Positions 6,060-11,618 of a stretch of DNA of 11,618 nucleotides are shown piece by piece. How positions within the stretch are numbered: the stretch's first letter is position 1; each line of letters starts with the position of its first letter. The notes under the pieces are model-generated. The model was given only the letters and a program-made list of their open reading frames with translations. It was not told the origin of the DNA and searched no databases. This DNA comes from a virus (taxonomy: Duplodnaviria; Heunggongvirae; Uroviricota; Caudoviricetes). The stretch spans positions 1 through 11,618 of the IMG/VR virus record IMGVR_UViG_2585427748_000011; one strand, written 5' to 3'. The position numbers and the translations under genes are program-made.

Positions 6060-6596
6060 ATGTCATTTATTAAAACTTTTTCCGGGAAGCATTTTTATTA
6101 TGACAGGATAAATAAAGACGACATCGTGATTAACGATATCGCGGTTTCCCTTTCAAATATCTGCCGCTTTGCCGGTCATCTTTCTCACTTCTACAGTGTC
6201 GCCCAACATGCGGTGCTTTGCAGCCAGCTGGTGCCGCAGGAATTTGCTTTTGAAGCGTTAATGCATGATGCAACAGAAGCGTATTGCCAGGATATTCCCG
6301 CTCCACTGAAACGCCTTCTTCCTGACTATAAACGGATGGAAGAAAAAATAGACGCCGTAATCCGTGAGAAATACGGGTTACCCCCGGTTATGAGCACGCC
6401 CGTGAAATATGCCGATCTCATCATGCTGGCAACCGAACGCCGCGATCTCGGGCTTGATGATAGCTCTTTCTGGCCTGTACTGGAAGGTATCCCGGCAACA
6501 GAGATGTTCAAAGTGATTCCACTGTCGCCAGGCCATGCCTACGGGATGTTTATGGAACGTTTTAACGAGTTATCGGAGTTACGCAAATGCGCATGA
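6060..6596 (+). CDS. HD-domain 5'-deoxynucleotidase (YfbR/YfdR-like dNMP phosphohydrolase)
   Basis: 178 aa from ATG 6060 (GGAG at 6049-6052); HD-domain signature H...HD...D in VAQHAVLCSQLVPQEFAFEALMHDATEAYCQDIPAPLKRLL. The track ORF start at 5997 lacks an RBS. Confidence 0.75.
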   Translation: MSFIKTFSGKHFYYDRINKDDIVINDIAVSLSNICRFAGHLSHFYSVAQHAVLCSQLVPQEFAFEALMHDATEAYCQDIPAPLKRLLPDYKRMEEKIDAVIREKYGLPPVMSTPVKYADLIMLATERRDLGLDDSSFWPVLEGIPATEMFKVIPLSPGHAYGMFMERFNELSELRKCA

Positions 6597-6937
6597 ATGT
6601 TTTCGAAATGGAAGGGTTTCTTCGCGGGAAATGTGTACCACGAGATCTGAAAGTGAATGAAACAAATGCTGAGTATCTGGTGCGTAAATTCGATGAAGTA
6701 CGTGCTGAGGCTCGCAACGAGGGTATTAACTATACCGCAAGCCGTCTTGCTGCGGCTTTCAATCACGGATTTATCAATAAGTCTTTACGTGAAGTTTTCG
6801 ACGTTACACGCATGATTCTGTCAGCGAAAGAAGAGTTGGCTAATGAACCACACCCGATTGATGGCCTGTCCGGTGAATATGCGGAGAAATCCCTAGAAGA
6901 ATGGGCGGAACAGATTCGCAAAGGAGGCAACCAGTGA
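6587..6937 (+). CDS. Hypothetical early protein X, 116 aa (C-terminus ...EEWAEQIRKGGNQ)
   Basis: GGAG (6575-6578) 8 nt before ATG 6587; alternative ATG 6593 forms ATGA with the upstream stop. Its stop TGA overlaps the GTG start of the next gene (GTGA). Confidence 0.6.
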   Translation: MRMNVFEMEGFLRGKCVPRDLKVNETNAEYLVRKFDEVRAEARNEGINYTASRLAAAFNHGFINKSLREVFDVTRMILSAKEELANEPHPIDGLSGEYAEKSLEEWAEQIRKGGNQ

Positions 6938-7614
6938 GCAAGATTGACTATCAAGAACTGCGCGAGGCGGCGGAACAGGCAACGCAAGATGAATGGGTAG
7001 CATATATTTTGCCGGGTCATAACGGCATTTATCCTGCGCGCACGTCTGAGGGTAGGCATTGCGGATACTTTATTGACTGGCCTGGCGTCTGTCAGGGGCG
7101 GGAGAGCATCAGCATCAGAACCTACGCAGTGAATTGCAATGACGCATGGCTAAACACCGAAGGTGATGACATCTCCGGCTCATACGTTAAGTACAAAGAC
7201 CATCAGGAAGTGGTTGCCGCTCTTGAGGCCAAGTGCGCGGCGCTGGCTGCTGAGAATGCGGGAATAAAGTCTGCAATTCCAAAATCACGGGATATTGAGG
7301 ATGACAATGACAATATGGATGACGTATCTCTCGCGGAAGACTTCGGGTTCAATCATGCAATAGAACGGATGAGGAGACAGATACCTGAAACGCCAACCAC
7401 TGATGCTTTCCTGGCTGAAGTCCGGGCGCAGGGGGTGGATGCTGCTATAGAAGCTGCAAAAAATCTGGTGGCCCAAGAATATGAGTGTAAGGATTTCAAA
7501 GCGGCGCAGAGTGATTGCTGTATGCACCCTGGTTCAGACCTGGTAGGGAAGGTTGAAATGACTGAGTGGTTAGTTGACTTTGCTGCCCAGCTTCGCAAAG
7601 GAGGCAATCAGTGA
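6934..7614 (+). CDS. Hypothetical early protein Y, 226 aa, mosaic (N-terminus like protein Z, C-terminus like protein X)
   Basis: AAGGAGG (6921-6927) 6 nt before GTG 6934. N-terminus SKIDYQELREAAEQA; C-terminus ...DFAAQLRKGGNQ; coiled-coil-like middle. The track start ATG 6901 has no RBS. Confidence 0.6.
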   Translation: MSKIDYQELREAAEQATQDEWVAYILPGHNGIYPARTSEGRHCGYFIDWPGVCQGRESISIRTYAVNCNDAWLNTEGDDISGSYVKYKDHQEVVAALEAKCAALAAENAGIKSAIPKSRDIEDDNDNMDDVSLAEDFGFNHAIERMRRQIPETPTTDAFLAEVRAQGVDAAIEAAKNLVAQEYECKDFKAAQSDCCMHPGSDLVGKVEMTEWLVDFAAQLRKGGNQ

Positions 7615-8147
7615 GCGAAATTAATTACCAGGCACTGCGTGAGGTGGCGGAACGTGCAATTCCAGCAATGGAACGCCTGTTAATGTTGCCAGTTGATGAT
7701 GATTTGTTAAGTGAACAGGAACTTAAAGATTACGGTGTGGATATTGATGCGCTCAATGCCTTCAAATTTCTGACCGGACCAGAAACCGTGCTGGCACTAC
7801 TGGATGAACGGGAAAGAAACCAGCAATACATCAAACGCCGCGACCAGGAGAACGAGGATATTGCGCTTACGGTTGGGAAGCTGCGCGTTGAGCTTGAAGC
7901 AGCAAAATCAAAACTCAACGAGCAGCGCGAGTATTACGAGGGAGTTATCTCTGATGGGTGCAAGCGTATTGCTGAACTGGAAGCGCGGGAAGTTCAATTA
8001 CCGACTCGCTACGACCTTCGATATGGACACCCGATAAATGCAGATGAGCGACAAGTCATGATACCTAAAGAAAATGGCAGTTGGCTTTACCTGATTGACC
8101 TAGAACACGCATTACGCGTCGCTGACATTCGCATCAAAGGAGAGTGA
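7611..8147 (+). CDS. Hypothetical early protein Z, 178 aa (N-terminus SEINYQALREVAERA; coiled-coil-like C-terminal half)
   Basis: AAGGAGG (7598-7604) 6 nt before GTG 7611, which overlaps the stop of Y (GTGA). The junction sequence is near-identical to the X/Y junction. Confidence 0.6.
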   Translation: MSEINYQALREVAERAIPAMERLLMLPVDDDLLSEQELKDYGVDIDALNAFKFLTGPETVLALLDERERNQQYIKRRDQENEDIALTVGKLRVELEAAKSKLNEQREYYEGVISDGCKRIAELEAREVQLPTRYDLRYGHPINADERQVMIPKENGSWLYLIDLEHALRVADIRIKGE

Positions 8148-8148
8148 T

Positions 8149-8664
8149 ATGGCGTTAACACACCACGAACTCTGTCAGATTGCGTACAAGTTCCTTAAGC
8201 GCAACGGGTTCAAGGTTTGCTTTCATGACCGCTTTGTTGCTGTAACCAGTACCGGAGAACAGCCAGATGCTATGGGATTCAGAAATTCAGCATCATGCCT
8301 GATAGAGGCGAAGTGTTCTCGTGCTGACTTGTTGGCAGATAGAAAAAAGCGTTTCCGTAAAAATCCCTCACTTGGCATGGGCGACTGGCGATTCTTTATT
8401 AGTGAGCCGGAAATTATTTCAGTTGAGGATTTACCTCCCGGCTGGGGATTACTTCACGTTGTTAACGGAAGAGTACGGAAAGTACATGGATGGCCCAGGG
8501 GTAATTGCTGTTGGGGTAATCCTGACGATAAGCCATTTACCGGGAATAAGCAGGTTGAATGCGATTACATGTTATCTGCATTAAGGCGCATGGAGCTAAG
8601 AGGACACCTTAATGAAATATATGACGGTGTAATTGTTAATAAGAAAGAAGGAAACGCAGCATGA
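8149..8664 (+). CDS. PD-(D/E)xK nuclease-superfamily protein (MmcB-like by recollection)
   Basis: 171 aa; RBS AGGAGAG before ATG 8149; motif D...E-x-K in GEQPDAMGFRNSASCLIEAKCSRAD. Confidence 0.55.
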   Translation: MALTHHELCQIAYKFLKRNGFKVCFHDRFVAVTSTGEQPDAMGFRNSASCLIEAKCSRADLLADRKKRFRKNPSLGMGDWRFFISEPEIISVEDLPPGWGLLHVVNGRVRKVHGWPRGNCCWGNPDDKPFTGNKQVECDYMLSALRRMELRGHLNEIYDGVIVNKKEGNAA

Positions 8665-9530
8665 CCACTTTAACCGACAAAGAACTGATTAAAGAAATCA
8701 GAGAGCGTATAGGCAGCCTGGACGTCCGAGACAATATTGAGCGTCGGGCTTATGAAATTGCTCTGGCATCGCTGGAACGCGAACAGATTCGCCACGAGCA
8801 TGCCAAATGGTCTGACTCCACATTTGGCTGCGTTGGCCCCATTGGTCCGCTGAAACATCTCTCAAAAGAGGCACTGGAAGCCGCAGCCGAACCAGACGAT
8901 CTTAGCGAGTGGGCTGATATGCAGTTTCTGTTGTGGGATGCACAGCGCCGTGCTGGCATCAGCGATGCTGAAATTACCGCTGCTATGGAAGATAAATTGA
9001 AGATCAACATGGAACGCCAGTGGCCTGAACCAAAAGATGGTGAGCCTCGCTTGCACATTAAAGAACCCGGCAACTCTCCGGTAACTCCGGCTCGCCTGCC
9101 TGGTGGTTTCACCATTGAGGATGCGAAGGCATTACATGAAGACCTGGTTCGCAGCCACATAAGCCAGGCTTTAAGTGGTGAAAAGATGAAAAAGAACGAT
9201 CGCGATGCTGATTTGCGCTGGATTCATGGCGTAATAGTTCAGGCAGCGTGGTTTGTAAAAGCATCACTGGAGCAAAATGCACTATCGGGCAACTATCCGG
9301 TAACTCCGGATGGTTGGATAAGCTGTAGTGAGCGAATGCCGAAAAAGAATCAGAACGTACTTATTTCGGTGAATTTCGATAGTGATCTGGTTGAGCCGCT
9401 AATATGCTCCGCACGCTATACCGGAAGTACCTTTCGGCGAGGACAAGCAACGATTAAGCCGGGTAATGGTATTGAGCAGGCAACCCACTGGATGCCGCTG
9501 CCAGAACCGCCGCAGGAGGTGAATCAATGA
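8661..9530 (+). CDS. Two-domain phage protein: N-terminal MazG-like NTP pyrophosphohydrolase-type region (DUF550-like), C-terminal DUF551-like domain
   Basis: 289 aa; ATG 8661 overlaps the upstream stop (ATGA), RBS GAAGGAAA. N-terminal acidic helical motif EALEAAAE...EWADMQFLLWDAQRRAGISDAEI; C-terminal WISCSERMPKK...THWMPLPEPP. Domain names are from memory. Confidence 0.55.
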   Translation: MTTLTDKELIKEIRERIGSLDVRDNIERRAYEIALASLEREQIRHEHAKWSDSTFGCVGPIGPLKHLSKEALEAAAEPDDLSEWADMQFLLWDAQRRAGISDAEITAAMEDKLKINMERQWPEPKDGEPRLHIKEPGNSPVTPARLPGGFTIEDAKALHEDLVRSHISQALSGEKMKKNDRDADLRWIHGVIVQAAWFVKASLEQNALSGNYPVTPDGWISCSERMPKKNQNVLISVNFDSDLVEPLICSARYTGSTFRRGQATIKPGNGIEQATHWMPLPEPPQEVNQ

Positions 9531-9610
9531 GCTGGCCTGATGCAATCGTAACTCTGGGGATGGTATTCGCAGTAGCGTTTGTTGTGTACTCGATTTGTCG
9601 ATGGGGATAA
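9527..9610 (+). CDS. Small hydrophobic peptide, 27 aa (MSWPDAIVTLGMVFAVAFVVYSICRWG), predicted single transmembrane helix
   Basis: Strong SD AGGAGGT (9514-9520) 6 nt before ATG 9527, which overlaps the upstream TGA (ATGA). Too short to appear in the ORF track. Confidence 0.45.
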   Translation: MSWPDAIVTLGMVFAVAFVVYSICRWG

Positions 9611-9614
9611 CCAC

Positions 9615-9857
9615 ATGTTCGCTTTGATTCAACGCGGTCAGATATACACGGACAGAGCTGGATACCCCGTGGTGATTACTCGCATCACTGAGCACTCAGT
9701 GTTCTTTCGACGGATGGACGGACGATCCGGGCGGGTACGCATTGGTGAGTTAAACTGCCTGTTCGAACATATTGACCACCAGGAGTACCGCAAAATTCTC
9801 GCGGACACTGAGCAGGAAAAGCACCTGAAAAAATTACGAGCCATAAAAAGGAAGTAA
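9615..9857 (+). CDS. Hypothetical small phage protein, 80 aa (possibly DUF4222-like)
   Basis: ATG 9615 with weak SD GGGGA; the track ORF starts at TTG 9579 inside the preceding peptide ORF. Basic C-terminus KHLKKLRAIKRK. Confidence 0.5.
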   Translation: MFALIQRGQIYTDRAGYPVVITRITEHSVFFRRMDGRSGRVRIGELNCLFEHIDHQEYRKILADTEQEKHLKKLRAIKRK

Positions 9858-9860
9858 AGA

Positions 9861-10007
9861 ATGAATAAAGCATTTGAACGATGGGTCCACCAGCGTTACG
9901 GCAATCGCTATGACCTGACGCGAGATGTTGACGGCTTCTACTGTCGTGAAGTTGTGAAGCGAATGTTTGAAGTGTGTTGCCACTGCCGTGGGCTGAGTGT
10001 TGTGTGA
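9861..10007 (+). CDS. Small Cys-rich protein, 48 aa (MNKAFERWVHQRYGNRYDLTRDVDGFYCREVVKRMFEVCCHCRGLSVV)
   Basis: AAGGAAG 6 nt before ATG 9861; its stop lies beside the GAGG RBS of xis. Four Cys in the C-terminal 20 residues. Not in the ORF track (below length cutoff). Confidence 0.4.
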   Translation: MNKAFERWVHQRYGNRYDLTRDVDGFYCREVVKRMFEVCCHCRGLSVV

Positions 10008-10015
10008 GGTAATAC

Positions 10016-10252
10016 ATGGGCAATGTGATTCAACTGGCTCCCAATGAATGGGTTTGTGAAAGCGTTCTTATCGCAATTACCGGGCTCAAACCAGGCACAA
10101 TTCTTCGGGCCCGGAAAGAATGCTGGATGGTTGGAAGAGAGTATATTCACGTATCACCAGACGGTAATCCAAAGCCTTCCAGTGAATGTATGTATAACAG
10201 AAAAGCAATAGATGCCTGGGTCGCCTCAATGAAAAACAAACAACCCAGGTGA
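10016..10252 (+). CDS. xis: Excisionase-like protein (Xis)
   Basis: 78 aa immediately upstream of the integrase; MGNVIQLAPNEWVCESVLIAITGLKPGTILRARKECWMVGREYIHVSPDGNPKPSSECMY matches my recollection of enterobacterial phage excisionase-like proteins; RBS GAGG. Confidence 0.7.
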   Translation: MGNVIQLAPNEWVCESVLIAITGLKPGTILRARKECWMVGREYIHVSPDGNPKPSSECMYNRKAIDAWVASMKNKQPR

Positions 10253-10307
10253 TTTAATATCATGAAATATGTAAGCTCGTATCGCTCTTGGGCGTCTGGA
10301 GGTATCG

Positions 10308-11618
10308 ATGGATAAAGTCAAATATCCAACAGGCGTCGAAAACCACGGCGGCACATTACGCATCTGGTTTAATTTTAAAGGTAAACGTGTCAGGGAAAAT
10401 CTTGGTGTCCCTGACACTGCCAAGAACAGGAAGATCGCCGGGGAACTGCGGACATCAGTATGTTTTGCCATCCGCACAGGAAGCTTTGATTATGCTGCAC
10501 AGTTCCCTGACTCCCCCAACCTTCAGGCTTTTGGGGTAAGTAAAAAAGAAATTACGGTGAAGGAACTTGAAGAAAAGTGGCTGGATCTGAAACGAATGGA
10601 AATCTCTGCAAATGCATTCAATCGCTATGAATCCGTTGCAAGAACGATGGTTCCGAAAATTGGAGGCAGTAGACTGGTGTCATCGGTAACCAAAGAGGAA
10701 TTGCTGTATATCAGGAAAGATTTGCTGACCGGGTATCAGAATTCAATGAAAAACAAAGCAGCAAAAGGACGGAGCGTTGTTACTGTAAATTATTACATGA
10801 CGACAATCGCTGGAATGTTTCAGTTTGCTGCAGATCACGGTTACTTAGAAGCAAATCCCTTCCAGGGAATTAAGCCTCTTAAAAGAGCCAGGGCAGAGCC
10901 AGATCCGCTAACTCGTGACGAATTTATTCGCCTGATAGATGCTTGCCGACATCAGCAGACGAAAAACCTGTGGTCATTGGCTGTGTACACAGGAATGCGT
11001 CACGGTGAACTGGTCTCCCTGGCCTGGGAAGATATCGATCTGAAGGCAGGAACAATTACCATCAGGCGCAATTATACGAAACTTGGTGAGTTCACTCTAC
11101 CGAAAACTGAAGCAAGCACAAACAGGGTTGTGCACCTTATCCAGCCCGCTATCAGTGTCCTGAAAAATCAGGCTGAAATGACAAGACTGGGTAAGCAGTA
11201 CAACATCAAGGTGCAACTACGTGAATATGGACGTTCAGTGAACCATGAATGTACTTTCGTGTTTAACCCTCAAGTGGTTAGAAAAAGCGAACAGGTAGGT
11301 TTTGTCTACAAAGTCGATTCTGTAGGTGACTCATGGGAAACAGCCATTAAGCGTGCAGGGATCAGGCATCGAAAGGCATACCAGTCACGACACACTTATG
11401 CGTGCTGGTCATTATCTGCCGGAGCAAACCCAAGCTTCATTGCCAGCCAGATGGGCCATGCAAGTGCCCAGATGGTATTCAATGTATACGGAGCATGGAT
11501 GACTGACAGCAATGCAGAACAGATCGCAATGCTGAATCAGAAGCTGACAGATTATGTCCCAATGATGCCCCATAGTCACCAAAGTGACACCAGAGGCTTA
11601 TTAAAATCAGTAAGTTAA
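10308..11618 (+). CDS. int: Phage tyrosine integrase (lambda-Int family site-specific recombinase)
   Basis: 436 aa; N-terminal arm-binding-type region (GTLRIWFNFKGKRVRENLG). Catalytic-domain motifs: R in YTGMRHGEL, H-x-x-R-type motif at AYQSRHTYACW, nucleophile Tyr in VFNVYGAW. RBS GGAGG 5 nt upstream. Stop codon is the last 3 bases of the window. Confidence 0.9.
   Translation: MDKVKYPTGVENHGGTLRIWFNFKGKRVRENLGVPDTAKNRKIAGELRTSVCFAIRTGSFDYAAQFPDSPNLQAFGVSKKEITVKELEEKWLDLKRMEISANAFNRYESVARTMVPKIGGSRLVSSVTKEELLYIRKDLLTGYQNSMKNKAAKGRSVVTVNYYMTTIAGMFQFAADHGYLEANPFQGIKPLKRARAEPDPLTRDEFIRLIDACRHQQTKNLWSLAVYTGMRHGELVSLAWEDIDLKAGTITIRRNYTKLGEFTLPKTEASTNRVVHLIQPAISVLKNQAEMTRLGKQYNIKVQLREYGRSVNHECTFVFNPQVVRKSEQVGFVYKVDSVGDSWETAIKRAGIRHRKAYQSRHTYACWSLSAGANPSFIASQMGHASAQMVFNVYGAWMTDSNAEQIAMLNQKLTDYVPMMPHSHQSDTRGLLKSVS

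Larger units (their letters stand above)
1..11618. mobile_element. Lambdoid temperate prophage segment (replication module, immunity region, early-left accessory genes, xis, int); att site not within window
   Basis: Gene order and content: CI-type repressor divergent from cro-like gene, replication initiator with iterons, excisionase immediately upstream of a tyrosine integrase, tightly coupled small phage-type ORFs. Confidence 0.85.

Noticed and set aside
11560-11618. Phage attachment site or flanking tRNA at the right end
   Set aside because: The integrase stop codon is the last three bases of the window, so any att core or tRNA would lie outside; the 55-bp xis-int spacer is too short and shows no repeat.

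Overview
This window reads as a temperate lambdoid enterobacterial prophage segment, running from the replication module through the immunity region and an accessory early-left gene block to excisionase and integrase. All calls are from reading the sequence and ORF track by eye; no database search or folding was run, and family names are from memory. Minus strand (1-2899) is a translationally coupled operon: Cro-like HTH protein, a cII-position protein, a 112-aa ORF, an HTH replication initiator with internal 15-bp iterons, a 164-aa ORF, and a Dam-type N6-adenine methyltransferase truncated by the left edge (absent from the ORF track). The centre holds a CI-type repressor (2997-3623, HTH_XRE plus S24 peptidase with a QAG cleavage site) flanked on both sides by an 11-bp dyad overlapping candidate promoters. 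Plus strand then has an AT-rich island with two small convergent ORFs, a ~400-bp structured untranslated region, and a coupled gene block. That block includes an HD-domain 5'-deoxynucleotidase, three mosaic proteins with duplicated gene junctions, a PD-(D/E)xK nuclease-like protein, a MazG-like/DUF551-like protein and a 27-aa hydrophobic peptide, ending with xis and a tyrosine integrase at the right edge. Gene lengths 120/274/178 aa resemble E. coli K-12 CPS-53 (KplE1) yfdP/yfdQ/yfdR, from memory only. No rRNA, tRNA, CRISPR array, N/Q-type antiterminator, Red-type recombination genes or att site was recognised. The most unusual features are the structured leader at 4283-4678, the convergent small-ORF island beside the repressor, and the duplicated junction module.
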